DNA of 64,000 nucleotides. Source: Escherichia coli (lineage in GTDB: Bacteria; Pseudomonadota; Gammaproteobacteria; Enterobacterales; Enterobacteriaceae). The notes under the pieces are model-generated. The model saw only the letters and a list, made by a program, of their open reading frames with translations, made no database searches and was not told the DNA's origin. Below are positions 1-12,829 of this stretch, piece by piece. The number at the start of each line of letters is the position of its first letter. Positions within the stretch are counted from its first letter, which is position 1. A program made the position numbers and the translations under genes. The stretch is taken from assembly GCF_003790525.1 (NCBI RefSeq), contig NZ_CP033635.1, one strand, 5' to 3'.

Positions 1-803
1 GTCTGGGCAATACCCGTTTCAAATCGTCAGTTAACCGTACACCACGGCAGAAAACTAACGGTACGCCGGGCGATAAGCGTGAGCTGCTGCTGGAGCTGAT
101 GCTGCTGGCTGACGTCGGTATGTTGGGGATGCCAAACGCGGGTAAATCGACCTTTATTCGTGCGGTATCGGCGGCTAAACCGAAAGTGGCGGATTATCCG
201 TTTACCACTCTGGTGCCAAGTCTTGGTGTGGTACGAATGGACAACGAAAAGAGCTTCGTTGTTGCCGATATTCCAGGACTGATTGAAGGCGCTGCGGAAG
301 GCGCTGGCCTGGGCATTCGCTTCCTGAAGCACCTGGAGCGTTGCCGCGTTCTGTTGCACCTCATCGATATCGATCCGATTGACGGCACCGATCCGGTTGA
401 AAACGCGCGTATTATTATCAGCGAGCTGGAAAAATACAGCCAGGATCTGGCGGCGAAACCGCGTTGGTTAGTCTTCAACAAGATCGATCTGCTGGATAAG
501 GCAGAAGCCGAAGAGAAAGCGAAAGCGATCGCTGAAGCGCTGGGCTGGGAAGATAAATATTATCTGATCTCTGCGGCGAGCGGACTGGGCGTGAAAGATC
601 TCTGCTGGGATGTGATGACCTTTATCATTGAAAACCCGGTCGTGCAGGCTGAAGAAGCGAAACAGCCAGAGAAAGTCGAATTCATGTGGGATGATTATCA
701 CCGTCAGCAGCTTGAAGAGATTGCTGAAGAGGATGATGAAGACTGGGATGACGACTGGGACGAAGACGACGAAGAAGGCGTTGAGTTCATTTACAAGCGT
801 TAA
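1..803 (+). CDS. obgE: GTPase ObgE/CgtA, 3' portion (5' end lies outside window; reading frame begins at nt 3)
   Basis: In-frame translation from window start gives [49 protein letters not shown] (Obg GTP-binding domain) and ends with acidic tail ...[25 protein letters not shown]; stop TAA 801-803. Confidence 0.9.
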   Translation, partial: LGNTRFKSSVNRTPRQKTNGTPGDKRELLLELMLLADVGMLGMPNAGKSTFIRAVSAAKPKVADYPFTTLVPSLGVVRMDNEKSFVVADIPGLIEGAAEGAGLGIRFLKHLERCRVLLHLIDIDPIDGTDPVENARIIISELEKYSQDLAAKPRWLVFNKIDLLDKAEAEEKAKAIAEALGWEDKYYLISAASGLGVKDLCWDVMTFIIENPVVQAEEAKQPEKVEFMWDDYHRQQLEEIAEEDDEDWDDDWDEDDEEGVEFIYKR

Positions 804-807
804 TCAG

Positions 808-840
808 CAAAACCCCGGCCATGCGCCGGGGTTTCTCTTT
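808..840. terminator. Bidirectional rho-independent terminator between convergent obgE and dacB
   Basis: GC hairpin aaaaCCCCGGCcatgcGCCGGGGtttct flanked by A-run on one side and T-run on the other. Confidence 0.6.
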
Positions 841-843
841 AGA

Positions 844-2277
844 CTAATTGTTCTGGTAAATATCTTTATACAAACGGCTTTCAAAACGTACCAACGGAAT
901 ACGGCGATTACGCTGATCCGCCGGTTCTACTGCATAGCCAGAAAGATATTGTACAAACGCCATTCGTTGCCCGCTCGCCGTGGTAATGAATCCCGCCAGG
1001 TTATATACCCCCTGCAACGAGCCGGTTTTCGCTGAGACTTTGCCATCCACGCCCGCCTGATGCAGACCTGCACGGTACTGCAAAGAGCCGTCATAGCCCG
1101 CCAGCGGCAGCATAGAGATAAAGTTAAGTTCATTGTCGTGTTGGGCTATGTATTGCAGCACCTGCATCATGGTGGCGGGGGCAATCAGGTTATGCCGCGA
1201 AAGCCCTGAACCATCGGCAATAATGGTGTTACCAATATCGACACCGGCTTGCTGGCGCAGGATCTGACGCACGGCGTCCGACCCGGCCCGCCATGTTCCA
1301 GGCACATTGAAGCGCGCATGGCCGATCATGCGGAAAACCGTATCGGCAATCATGTTGTCCGACTTTTTCAGCATAATCTTAAGCAGATCGTGCAGCGGGG
1401 CCGACTGTTTACTGGCAACTACCGTTCCAGGTTCGTTAACTTGAGTCTGGCGCAGCAGTGTTCCGCTCCAGGTGATACCCGCCTGTTTTAACTCATCTTT
1501 CAGAATTGCCCCGGCATAGCTGGCACCATCCTGCACGGCAAAAGCCAACGGGAGCGGCTCAGAACGTTGTGGCAGGCATCCGGTCAGCGTAAAGCGGTTC
1601 AGGTCGCCTGGCACCACATCCAGCTCGCAGTATTGCGCTTCGGCAGAACCACGGGGGAGGGTGCGTACCTGGCTGAACATCGTAACGGGGTAATAAGATG
1701 CCACGCGTATAAAAGCCATATCACCAGGTTTTGGGGCACTATAGAGCGAGACGGAGAAACAGTTGCGGTCAACTATGGCGGCGGCAGGCGGAGCGCTAAA
1801 GCATTGTGTCATGTCATTCCATGGCCAGCCGGGGGCTTTATCGTGGCTGGCGAAAATGGAGGTATCTATCAACACATTGCCATCGATTTGGTTGACGCCA
1901 GATTTTTTCAAAGTCGCGACCATATTGCGAATATCCTGACGTTTTAACGTCGGATCGGCACCAAATCGCGCTACTAAGTCACCCTTAAGTACACCGTTTT
2001 CCACATTACCTTTGGTTTCAAGCGTCGTGGTAAAACGAAAATCGGGGCCGAGTTGAATCAACGCCGCCAGCGCAGTAATCACTTTCTGCGTACTGGCGGG
2101 CAGCGCCATCTGCTGACTGTGGTAATCAATAGCGGGGGCCGACGCGCCGACTTTTTGCACCATCAGGGCAAGGTTGGCACCAGCGGGGAGTTGAGTAATG
2201 TACTCATCAACATTTGCGGCCTGAACACTGAACGCTATACAGCTGGTCAATCCGATGATAAATCTGGAAAATCGCAT
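844..2277 (-). CDS. dacB: D-alanyl-D-alanine carboxypeptidase/endopeptidase PBP4
   Basis: 477-aa ORF with signal peptide MRFSRFIIGLTSCIAFSVQA and PBP4-like sequence; synteny dacB next to greA/obgE. Confidence 0.93.
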   Translation of the reverse strand: MRFSRFIIGLTSCIAFSVQAANVDEYITQLPAGANLALMVQKVGASAPAIDYHSQQMALPASTQKVITALAALIQLGPDFRFTTTLETKGNVENGVLKGDLVARFGADPTLKRQDIRNMVATLKKSGVNQIDGNVLIDTSIFASHDKAPGWPWNDMTQCFSAPPAAAIVDRNCFSVSLYSAPKPGDMAFIRVASYYPVTMFSQVRTLPRGSAEAQYCELDVVPGDLNRFTLTGCLPQRSEPLPLAFAVQDGASYAGAILKDELKQAGITWSGTLLRQTQVNEPGTVVASKQSAPLHDLLKIMLKKSDNMIADTVFRMIGHARFNVPGTWRAGSDAVRQILRQQAGVDIGNTIIADGSGLSRHNLIAPATMMQVLQYIAQHDNELNFISMLPLAGYDGSLQYRAGLHQAGVDGKVSAKTGSLQGVYNLAGFITTASGQRMAFVQYLSGYAVEPADQRNRRIPLVRFESRLYKDIYQNN

Positions 2278-2396
2278 AATCTCGCGCTAACAACCTGGAA
2301 TCGAGCCGTCATACTACGGCGCAACGCCCTATAAAGTAAACGATGACCCTTCGGGAACTTCAGGGTAAAATGACTATCAAAATGTGAATTGTAGCT

Positions 2397-2431
2397 GACC
2401 TGGGACCTGTACCCGGGTCGGTATTTTTTTT
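2397..2431 (+). terminator. Intrinsic terminator/attenuator hairpin in greA leader (consistent with GraL leader RNA)
   Basis: GACCTGGG-acctgta-CCCGGGTC stem followed by a run of eight or more T, located about 95 nt upstream of greA ATG. Confidence 0.5.
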
Positions 2432-2525
2432 GCTTCTGGTCCCGGTGAGGAGTTATGCCGGGCAGGCCGAACAGCCGGGGTGGGTGAAGACTTGCCCCAT
2501 CAGGAATATTCAAGAGGTATAACAA

Positions 2526-3002
<477 letters not shown>

Positions 3003-3046
3003 GAATTACCCAATACTCAAGATGTTGATGTATTGTAAAGAAAGGA

Positions 3047-3072
3047 AAAAGGCCGCTATGCGGCCTTTTATC
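3047..3072. terminator. Bidirectional terminator between convergent greA and yhbY
   Basis: aaaaaGGCCGctatgCGGCCtttta hairpin with A/T runs on both sides. Confidence 0.6.
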
Positions 3073-3157
3073 AACGAACAGAGCGTGGCATTTTGCTCTC
3101 CTGCCTGCGGAAAAACCCTCGTTTTACACAGCGAATGTGTGTAACTTTAGGATAATC

Positions 3158-3451
3158 TTAGCGTGGCAGCGAGATTTTACGTTCTTTAGTTGGGCGATAA
3201 AGCACCAGCGTTTTACCGATGACCTGTACATTACAGGCGCCGGTTTCGCGCACGATAGCTTCCACGATCAAGGTTTTAGTTTCGCGATCTTCGGTGGCGA
3301 TTTTCACCTTGATGAGTTCATGGTGCTCTAACGCTTGTTCAATCTCGGCCAGCACCCCTTCGGTCAAACCATTACTGCCAAGCAGAACAACTGGCTTGAG
3401 CGGATGTGCCAGACCTTTCAGGTGCTGTTTTTGTTTAGTACTCAGATTCAT
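3158..3451 (-). CDS. yhbY: RNA-binding protein YhbY (CRM/CRS1-YhbY domain, ribosome assembly)
   Basis: 97-aa ORF MNLSTKQKQHLKGLAHPLKPVVLLGSNGLTEGVLAEIEQALEHHELIKVKIATEDRETK...; divergent from rlmE as in E. coli. Confidence 0.9.
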   Translation of the reverse strand: MNLSTKQKQHLKGLAHPLKPVVLLGSNGLTEGVLAEIEQALEHHELIKVKIATEDRETKTLIVEAIVRETGACNVQVIGKTLVLYRPTKERKISLPR

Positions 3452-3576
3452 CGTATTTTTTGCTTACGTTGGGATTGAAAACGGGTCATTCTACCGCCAT
3501 CTCCCATATATCACCAAATAGGCGCGTAAAAATTTACGCAATTGGTTACGATGAGTTATCCCCATGGGAAAGTTAA

Positions 3577-4206
3577 ATGACAGGTAAGAAGCGTTCTGCC
3601 AGCTCCAGCCGCTGGCTTCAGGAACACTTTAGCGATAAATATGTTCAACAGGCACAGAAAAAGGGGTTACGTTCCCGTGCCTGGTTTAAACTTGATGAAA
3701 TACAGCAAAGTGACAAACTCTTTAAACCGGGAATGACGGTTGTCGACCTTGGTGCTGCGCCAGGTGGTTGGTCACAATATGTGGTCACCCAAATTGGCGG
3801 CAAAGGCCGTATCATCGCTTGCGATCTTTTACCTATGGATCCTATCGTTGGTGTGGACTTTCTTCAGGGCGATTTTCGTGATGAACTGGTGATGAAAGCA
3901 CTGCTGGAGCGCGTAGGCGACAGCAAAGTCCAGGTTGTCATGTCCGATATGGCACCAAACATGAGCGGAACACCGGCGGTGGATATCCCCCGTGCCATGT
4001 ATCTGGTGGAACTGGCGCTAGAAATGTGTCGTGATGTATTAGCGCCAGGTGGCAGTTTTGTAGTGAAGGTGTTCCAGGGCGAAGGTTTCGATGAGTATCT
4101 AAGGGAAATTCGCTCCCTGTTTACGAAGGTCAAAGTTCGTAAGCCGGACTCTTCTCGTGCACGTTCACGGGAAGTGTATATTGTAGCGACCGGGCGTAAA
4201 CCCTAA
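3577..4206 (+). CDS. rlmE: 23S rRNA U2552 2'-O-ribose methyltransferase RlmE (FtsJ/RrmJ)
   Basis: 209-aa ORF with SAM-binding motif [15 protein letters not shown]; directly upstream of ftsH. Confidence 0.95.
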
Positions 4207-4305
4207 CCGGGAGATTTCAGACGAAAGTTTGAAAGATGCTGGATATAGAGTATCCTGACGCTGTTTTTAACACAGTTGTAATAAGAGGTTAATCCCTTGA
4301 GTGAC

Positions 4306-6240
4306 ATGGCGAAAAACCTAATACTCTGGCTGGTCATTGCCGTTGTGCTGATGTCAGTATTCCAGAGCTTTGGGCCCAGCGAGTCTAATGGCCGTAAGGT
4401 GGATTACTCTACCTTCCTACAAGAGGTCAATAACGACCAGGTTCGTGAAGCGCGTATCAACGGACGTGAAATCAACGTTACCAAGAAAGATAGTAACCGT
4501 TATACCACTTACATTCCGGTTCAGGATCCGAAATTACTGGATAACCTGTTGACCAAGAACGTCAAGGTTGTCGGTGAACCGCCTGAAGAACCAAGCCTGC
4601 TGGCTTCTATCTTCATCTCCTGGTTCCCGATGCTGTTGCTGATTGGTGTCTGGATCTTCTTCATGCGTCAAATGCAGGGCGGCGGTGGCAAAGGTGCCAT
4701 GTCGTTTGGTAAGAGCAAAGCGCGCATGCTGACGGAAGATCAGATCAAAACGACCTTTGCTGACGTTGCGGGCTGCGACGAAGCAAAAGAAGAAGTTGCT
4801 GAACTGGTTGAGTATCTGCGCGAGCCGAGCCGCTTCCAGAAACTCGGCGGTAAGATCCCGAAAGGCGTCCTGATGGTCGGTCCTCCGGGTACCGGTAAAA
4901 CGCTGCTGGCGAAAGCGATTGCAGGCGAAGCGAAAGTTCCGTTCTTTACTATCTCCGGTTCTGACTTCGTAGAAATGTTCGTCGGTGTGGGTGCATCCCG
5001 TGTTCGTGACATGTTCGAACAGGCGAAGAAAGCGGCACCGTGCATCATCTTTATCGATGAAATCGACGCCGTAGGCCGCCAGCGTGGCGCAGGTCTGGGC
5101 GGTGGTCACGATGAACGTGAACAGACTTTGAACCAGATGCTGGTTGAGATGGATGGCTTCGAAGGTAACGAAGGTATCATCGTTATCGCCGCGACTAACC
5201 GTCCGGACGTTCTTGACCCGGCCCTGCTGCGTCCTGGCCGTTTCGACCGTCAGGTTGTGGTTGGCTTGCCAGATGTTCGTGGTCGTGAGCAGATCCTGAA
5301 AGTTCACATGCGTCGCGTACCATTGGCACCCGATATCGACGCGGCAATCATTGCCCGTGGTACTCCTGGTTTCTCCGGTGCTGACCTGGCGAACCTGGTG
5401 AACGAAGCGGCACTGTTCGCTGCTCGTGGCAACAAACGCGTTGTGTCGATGGTTGAGTTCGAGAAAGCGAAAGACAAAATCATGATGGGTGCGGAACGTC
5501 GCTCCATGGTGATGACGGAAGCGCAGAAAGAATCGACGGCTTACCACGAAGCGGGTCACGCGATTATCGGTCGCCTGGTGCCGGAACACGATCCGGTGCA
5601 CAAAGTAACGATTATCCCGCGCGGTCGTGCGCTGGGTGTGACCTTCTTCTTGCCTGAGGGCGACGCAATCAGCGCCAGCCGTCAGAAACTGGAAAGCCAG
5701 ATTTCTACGCTGTACGGTGGTCGTCTGGCAGAAGAGATCATCTACGGGCCGGAACATGTTTCTACCGGTGCGTCCAACGATATTAAAGTTGCGACCAACC
5801 TGGCACGTAACATGGTGACTCAGTGGGGTTTCTCTGAGAAACTCGGTCCGCTGCTGTATGCGGAAGAAGAAGGTGAAGTGTTCCTCGGCCGTAGCGTAGC
5901 GAAAGCGAAACATATGTCCGATGAAACTGCACGTATCATCGACCAGGAAGTGAAAGCACTGATTGAGCGTAACTATAATCGTGCGCGTCAGCTTCTGACC
6001 GACAATATGGATATTCTGCATGCGATGAAAGATGCTCTCATGAAATATGAGACTATCGACGCACCGCAGATTGATGACCTGATGGCACGTCGCGATGTAC
6101 GTCCGCCAGCGGGCTGGGAAGAACCAGTCGCTTCTAACAATTCTGGCGACAATGGTAGTCCAAAGGCTCCACGTCCGGTTGATGAACCGCGTACGCCGAA
6201 CCCGGGTAACACCATGTCAGAGCAGTTAGGCGACAAGTAA
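4306..6240 (+). CDS. ftsH: ATP-dependent zinc metalloprotease FtsH (HflB)
   Basis: ORF contains [19 protein letters not shown] membrane anchor, Walker [14 protein letters not shown] zinc motif; 644 aa from ATG 4306. The ORF also extends in frame to TTG 4297, which has the better Shine-Dalgarno spacing (AAGAGG 4283-4288). Confidence 0.92.
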
Positions 6241-6271
6241 GTTCCCGCATCAGATGACTGTATTTGTACCG

Positions 6272-6302
6272 AAAACCCCGGGGCGTGCTCCGGGGTTTTT
6301 TC
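6272..6302 (+). terminator. Rho-independent terminator after ftsH
   Basis: aaaaCCCCGGggcgtgctCCGGGGtttttt. Confidence 0.6.
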
Positions 6303-6329
6303 TTATCAATTCATACCAGGGATAACACC

Positions 6330-7178
6330 ATGAAACTCTTTGCCCAGGGCACTTCACTGGACCTTAGCCATCCTCACGTAATGGGGATCCTCAACGTCAC
6401 GCCTGATTCCTTTTCGGATGGCGGCACGCATAACTCGCTGATAGATGCCGTGAAACATGCGAATCTGATGATCAACGCTGGCGCGACGATCATTGACGTT
6501 GGTGGCGAGTCCACGCGCCCAGGAGCGGCGGAAGTTAGCGTTGAAGAAGAGTTGCAACGTGTTATTCCTGTGGTTGAGGCAATTGCTCAACGCTTCGAAG
6601 TCTGGATCTCGGTAGATACATCCAAACCAGAAGTCATCCGTGAGTCAGCGAAAGTTGGCGCTCACATTATTAACGATATCCGCTCCCTTTCCGAACCTGG
6701 CGCTCTGGAGGCGGCTGCAGAAACCGGTTTACCGGTTTGTCTGATGCATATGCAGGGAAATCCAAAAACCATGCAGGAAGCGCCGAAGTATGACGATGTC
6801 TTTGCAGAAGTGAATCGCTACTTTATTGAGCAAATAGCACGTTGCGAGCAGGCGGGTATCGCAAAAGAGAAATTGTTGCTCGACCCCGGATTCGGTTTCG
6901 GTAAAAATCTCTCCCATAACTATTCATTACTGGCGCGCCTGGCTGAATTTCACCATTTCAACCTGCCGCTGTTGGTGGGTATGTCACGAAAATCGATGAT
7001 TGGGCAACTGCTGAACGTGGGGCCGTCCGAGCGCCTGAGCGGTAGTCTGGCCTGTGCGGTTATTGCCGCAATGCAAGGCGCGCACATCATTCGTGTTCAT
7101 GACGTCAAAGAAACCGTAGAAGCGATGCGGGTGGTGGAAGCCACTCTGTCTGCAAAGGAAAACAAACGCTATGAGTAA
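6330..7178 (+). CDS. folP: Dihydropteroate synthase
   Basis: ORF from ATG 6330: [32 protein letters not shown]..., 282 aa; ORF-track start at 6264 is an upstream in-frame extension. Confidence 0.93.
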
Positions 7179-8508
7179 TCGTAAATATTTCGGTACCGAT
7201 GGGATTCGTGGTCGTGTAGGGGATGCGCCGATCACACCTGATTTTGTGCTTAAGCTGGGTTGGGCAGCGGGTAAAGTGCTGGCGCGCCACGGCTCCCGTA
7301 AGATCATTATTGGTAAAGACACGCGTATTTCTGGCTATATGCTGGAGTCAGCACTGGAAGCGGGTCTGGCGGCTGCCGGTCTTTCCGCACTCTTCACTGG
7401 CCCGATGCCAACACCGGCCGTGGCTTATCTGACGCGTACCTTCCGCGCAGAGGCCGGAATTGTGATATCTGCATCGCATAACCCGTTCTACGATAATGGC
7501 ATTAAATTTTTCTCTATCGACGGCACCAAACTACCGGATGCAGTTGAAGAAGCCATCGAAGCGGAAATGGAAAAAGAGATCAGCTGTGTTGATTCGGCAG
7601 AACTGGGTAAAGCCAGCCGTATCGTTGATGCTGCGGGTCGCTATATCGAGTTTTGCAAAGCCACGTTCCCGAACGAACTTAGCCTCAGTGAACTGAAGAT
7701 TGTGGTGGATTGTGCAAACGGTGCGACTTACCACATCGCGCCGAACGTGCTGCGTGAACTGGGGGCGAACGTTATCGCTATCGGTTGTGAGCCGAACGGT
7801 GTAAATATCAATGCCGAAGTGGGGGCTACCGACGTTCGCGCGCTCCAGGCTCGTGTGCTGGCTGAAAAAGCGGATCTCGGTATTGCCTTCGACGGCGACG
7901 GCGATCGCGTGATTATGGTTGACCATGAAGGCAATAAAGTCGATGGCGATCAGATCATGTATATCATCGCGCGTGAAGGTCTTCGTCAGGGCCAGCTGCG
8001 TGGTGGCGCTGTGGGTACATTGATGAGCAACATGGGGCTTGAACTGGCGCTGAAACAGTTAGGAATTCCATTTGCGCGCGCGAAAGTGGGTGACCGCTAC
8101 GTACTGGAAAAAATGCAGGAGAAAGGCTGGCGTATCGGTGCAGAGAACTCCGGTCATGTGATCCTGCTGGATAAAACCACTACCGGTGACGGCATCGTTG
8201 CTGGCTTGCAGGTGCTGGCGGCGATGGCACGTAACCATATGAGCCTGCACGACCTTTGCAGCGGCATGAAAATGTTCCCGCAAATCCTGGTAAACGTGCG
8301 TTACACCGCAGGTAGCGGCGATCCGCTGGAGCATGAATCAGTCAAAGCTGTGACCGCAGAAGTTGAAGCGGCGCTGGGTAGCCGTGGACGTGTGCTGTTG
8401 CGTAAATCCGGCACCGAACCGTTAATTCGCGTGATGGTGGAAGGCGAAGACGAAGCGCAGGTGACTGAATTTGCACACCGCATCGCCGATGCAGTAAAAG
8501 CCGTTTAA
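7171..8508 (+). CDS. glmM: Phosphoglucosamine mutase
   Basis: 445-aa [21 protein letters not shown]... with phosphoserine loop SASHNP; overlaps folP stop by 8 nt. Confidence 0.95.
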   Translation: MSNRKYFGTDGIRGRVGDAPITPDFVLKLGWAAGKVLARHGSRKIIIGKDTRISGYMLESALEAGLAAAGLSALFTGPMPTPAVAYLTRTFRAEAGIVISASHNPFYDNGIKFFSIDGTKLPDAVEEAIEAEMEKEISCVDSAELGKASRIVDAAGRYIEFCKATFPNELSLSELKIVVDCANGATYHIAPNVLRELGANVIAIGCEPNGVNINAEVGATDVRALQARVLAEKADLGIAFDGDGDRVIMVDHEGNKVDGDQIMYIIAREGLRQGQLRGGAVGTLMSNMGLELALKQLGIPFARAKVGDRYVLEKMQEKGWRIGAENSGHVILLDKTTTGDGIVAGLQVLAAMARNHMSLHDLCSGMKMFPQILVNVRYTAGSGDPLEHESVKAVTAEVEAALGSRGRVLLRKSGTEPLIRVMVEGEDEAQVTEFAHRIADAVKAV

Positions 8509-8526
8509 AGCGTTAGATAACTGGCT

Positions 8527-8553
8527 AAAAAGGCGGCGATTGTCGCCTTTTTT
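8527..8553 (+). terminator. Terminator-like hairpin after glmM
   Basis: aaaaAGGCGGCGAttgTCGCCttttttct. Confidence 0.45.
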
Positions 8554-8735
8554 CTCAGCGAACACATCGGTTTTGCTGTTTTTTTCCGCAGTTGATACAA
8601 TGCGATAAAATTGCCCTTGCGAAGGTCATTCGCTTTGGTTAGTATTCACACCCGCTTCAGTGGGAAAGATTAAAAACTCCCGCTTTATTGGTTGAAGCAT
8701 TGGTACGCGGCAACTCCGCAAGGAACAGGTTGATT

Positions 8736-9068
8736 ATGTACGAAGCTCTTTTAGTAGTTTTCCTTATTGTGGCAATTGGCCTTGTTGGTCTGATCATGCT
8801 GCAGCAAGGTAAAGGCGCTGATATGGGAGCCTCCTTCGGAGCAGGCGCTTCCGCTACGCTGTTTGGTTCAAGTGGTTCTGGTAACTTCATGACCCGCATG
8901 ACGGCGCTGCTGGCAACGTTATTCTTCATCATCAGTCTGGTGCTGGGTAACATCAATAGCAATAAAACCAATAAAGGTAGCGAATGGGAAAACCTGAGTG
9001 CGCCGGCGAAAACCGAACAAACTCAGTCAGCTGCTCCGGCTAAGCCGACCAGCGATATCCCGAACTAA
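8736..9068 (+). CDS. secG: Protein-export membrane protein SecG
   Basis: ORF from ATG 8736: MYEALLVVFLIVAIGLVGLIMLQQGKGADMGASFGAGASATLFGSSGSGNF..., 110 aa; SD AGGA 8721-8724. Confidence 0.9.
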   Translation: MYEALLVVFLIVAIGLVGLIMLQQGKGADMGASFGAGASATLFGSSGSGNFMTRMTALLATLFFIISLVLGNINSNKTNKGSEWENLSAPAKTEQTQSAAPAKPTSDIPN

Positions 9069-9082
9069 AAAGTAGTATCCGT

Positions 9083-9169
9083 GCCGAGGTGGTGGAATTG
9101 GTAGACACGCTACCTTGAGGTGGTAGTGCCCAATAGGGCTTACGGGTTCAAGTCCCGTCCTCGGTACCA
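9083..9169 (+). tRNA. leuU: tRNA-Leu (long variable arm, CCA-encoded)
   Basis: GCCGAGGTGGTGGAATTGGTAGACACGCTACCTTGAGGTGGTAGTGCCCAATAGGGCTTACGGGTTCAAGTCCCGTCCTCGGTACCA; acceptor stem GCCGAGG/CCTCGGT, T-loop GGTTCAAGTCC; immediately downstream of secG. Confidence 0.9.
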
Positions 9170-9180
9170 AATTCCAGAAA

Positions 9181-9208
9181 AGAGACGCTGAAAAGCGTCT
9201 TTTTTCGT
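9181..9208 (+). terminator. Rho-independent terminator after leuU
   Basis: AGACGCTgaaaAGCGTCTtttttcgtttt. Confidence 0.7.
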
Positions 9209-9627
9209 TTTGGTCCTGGTCTGAGGAATGGTTGTCAGGTATCTGTATCTCGTCCAGTTGCTTTACTCGTAGCTGGTACCTTGAAACGATGGTGCCGGTA
9301 CGCCTTAGTTATAAACTTTTCCCTTCTGCTGACATAATTGGCACTTTATTGTGTCAACTCCAGTTCCGGTACGAATACGGATATGTTTACTTCTCGATAA
9401 ACCATCCTGCTCCTGTCAGTATAACTACTGATGGCTACGTTCTGCGTAATGTTTAGAGACGCATTGATAATGTTATTTAATTACTGAGAACGCAATGGTC
9501 GCATCATTTAAAAAGAAAAAACTAACAGTGTTTCGGTCTGATATGGATCAGAGTTGAAAAACATGTCTGATATAAAATTGAACATTGTTGATAATTGTTT
9601 ATATTGGTTGTGAACCTGGATTTCTGG

Positions 9628-11253
9628 ATGACAGTATTCAACAAATTTGCTAGAAGTTTTAAATCTCATTGGTTGTTGTATCTTTGTGTTATTGTTTTTG
9701 GTATTACGAACTTAGTCGCCTCTTCCGGAGCGCATATGGTTCAGCGATTGCTGTTCTTCGTCCTGACCATCCTGGTTGTTAAACGTATATCATCCCTTCC
9801 GCTTCGCCTGCTTGTTGCCGCACCATTTGTGTTACTGACTGCGGCAGACATGAGTATTAGCCTCTATTCATGGTGTACCTTTGGTACAACTTTCAATGAT
9901 GGATTTGCGATTAGTGTGCTGCAGAGTGATCCGGATGAAGTTGTGAAAATGTTGGGGATGTATATCCCTTATCTATGTGCTTTTGCTTTTTTATCCCTTC
10001 TTTTTTTGGCAGTAATAATAAAATATGATGTTTCCTTGCCGACAAAAAAAGTGACAGGAATATTATTGCTGATTGTCATTTCGGGCAGTTTATTTTCAGC
10101 TTGTCAATTTGCTTATAAAGATGCAAAAAATAAAAAAGCGTTCAGTCCATATATACTAGCGTCTCGATTTGCTACCTATACACCGTTTTTCAATCTCAAT
10201 TATTTTGCTTTAGCAGCGAAAGAGCATCAAAGATTACTCTCAATTGCAAACACGGTGCCGTATTTTCAATTATCAGTCAGGGATACAGGTATTGATACCT
10301 ACGTGTTGATTGTGGGGGAGTCTGTACGTGTCGACAATATGTCTTTGTATGGATACACACGCTCTACGACACCGCAAGTCGAAGCACAAAGAAAACAGAT
10401 CAAACTGTTTAATCAAGCAATAAGCGGTGCACCTTACACTGCGCTGTCGGTTCCCCTTTCTTTAACTGCTGATTCTGTTTTGAGTCATGACATTCATAAT
10501 TACCCGGACAACATTATTAATATGGCTAATCAAGCAGGATTTCAGACTTTCTGGCTAAGCTCGCAATCCGCTTTTCGGCAGAATGGTACAGCAGTTACCA
10601 GTATCGCCATGCGCGCCATGGAAACAGTCTATGTCAGAGGATTTGATGAATTGTTGTTGCCGCATTTATCGCAAGCGTTACAGCAAAAGACGCAGCAAAA
10701 GAAACTGATTGTTCTTCATTTAAATGGAAGCCATGAACCGGCTTGTAGCGCCTATCCGCAATCCAGCGCCGTGTTTCAACCGCAGGACGATCAGGATGCC
10801 TGCTATGACAACTCCATTCATTACACAGATAGTTTGCTAGGTCAGGTTTTTGAATTATTAAAAGATCGCCGCGCCTCGGTCATGTATTTTGCCGACCACG
10901 GCCTGGAACGCGACCCTACGAAGAAGAACGTCTATTTTCATGGAGGCAGGGAGGCCAGCCAGCAGGCATATCATGTCCCGATGTTTATCTGGTATAGCCC
11001 CGTTCTTGGGGATGGCGTGGATCGCACAACGGAAAACGATATCTTTTCCACTGCGTACAATAATTACCTTATTAATGCGTGGATGGGGGTAACAAAGCCG
11101 GAACAGCCGCAAACGCTGGAGGAAGTGATTGCACACTATAAAGGAGACTCACGGGTTGTAGATGCAAACCATGATGTTTTCGATTTTGTGATGCTAAGAA
11201 AGGAGTTTACTGAGGATAAGCAAGGTAACCCCACCCCTGAAGGGCAGGGTTGA
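9628..11253 (+). CDS. yhbX: Inner-membrane sulfatase-family protein, phosphoethanolamine-transferase (EptA/OpgE)-like paralogue
   Basis: 541-aa ORF from ATG 9628 (MTVFNKFARSFKSHWLLYLCVIVFG...), N-terminal hydrophobic segments followed by a soluble domain; gene is AT-rich relative to neighbours. Confidence 0.8.
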   Translation: MTVFNKFARSFKSHWLLYLCVIVFGITNLVASSGAHMVQRLLFFVLTILVVKRISSLPLRLLVAAPFVLLTAADMSISLYSWCTFGTTFNDGFAISVLQSDPDEVVKMLGMYIPYLCAFAFLSLLFLAVIIKYDVSLPTKKVTGILLLIVISGSLFSACQFAYKDAKNKKAFSPYILASRFATYTPFFNLNYFALAAKEHQRLLSIANTVPYFQLSVRDTGIDTYVLIVGESVRVDNMSLYGYTRSTTPQVEAQRKQIKLFNQAISGAPYTALSVPLSLTADSVLSHDIHNYPDNIINMANQAGFQTFWLSSQSAFRQNGTAVTSIAMRAMETVYVRGFDELLLPHLSQALQQKTQQKKLIVLHLNGSHEPACSAYPQSSAVFQPQDDQDACYDNSIHYTDSLLGQVFELLKDRRASVMYFADHGLERDPTKKNVYFHGGREASQQAYHVPMFIWYSPVLGDGVDRTTENDIFSTAYNNYLINAWMGVTKPEQPQTLEEVIAHYKGDSRVVDANHDVFDFVMLRKEFTEDKQGNPTPEGQG

Positions 11254-11260
11254 TGTCGAA

Positions 11261-12619
<1,359 letters not shown>

Positions 12620-12654
12620 TTAATTAACTGATGATGAGCCTGGATTTCCGCTCT

Positions 12655-12695
12655 CACTGAATTTTTATGCAAAATAAATGAGTTTTCATTTAATC
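12655..12695 (-). promoter_or_regulatory. Putative tandem ARG boxes (ArgR operator) in argG promoter region
   Basis: TGAATTTTTATGCA and ATGAGTTTTCATTT, two adjacent imperfect palindromes resembling TGAAT-N4-ATTCA, about 50-90 nt upstream of argG start. Confidence 0.4.
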
Positions 12696-12829
12696 ATCTT
12701 TTATCGGAGACAGGAAGAGTTTAGTGTGTTTTTTGTAAAATAATGCGCTTAAGGGAGAGCAGGAGAAGGCAAAAGTATTCAACAAATGAAAGTGAACTGG
12801 ATATTCATTCACGTGATTAGCAATAAACG

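Noticed and set aside
6264-6329. N-terminally extended ORF starts reported by the ORF track (folP 6264, secG 8688, yhbX 9595, rbfA 18045, pnp 19986, deaD 23315, ubiV 28771, ubiU 29784, yhbO 32310, yraR 32351, lpoA 37871, agaD 40489, agaV 47980, garK 56310, yhaB 59975, tdcR 60527)
   Set aside because: In each case a downstream in-frame start gives the conserved N-terminus with a better-placed Shine-Dalgarno sequence, or the extension would run through an upstream gene or terminator. The upstream ATG/TTG is treated as fortuitous.
9232-9456. 74-aa ORF in the leuU-yhbX spacer
   Set aside because: No plausible Shine-Dalgarno sequence and a low-complexity product in AT-rich promoter DNA. More likely part of the yhbX regulatory region, though a small protein cannot be formally excluded without expression data.
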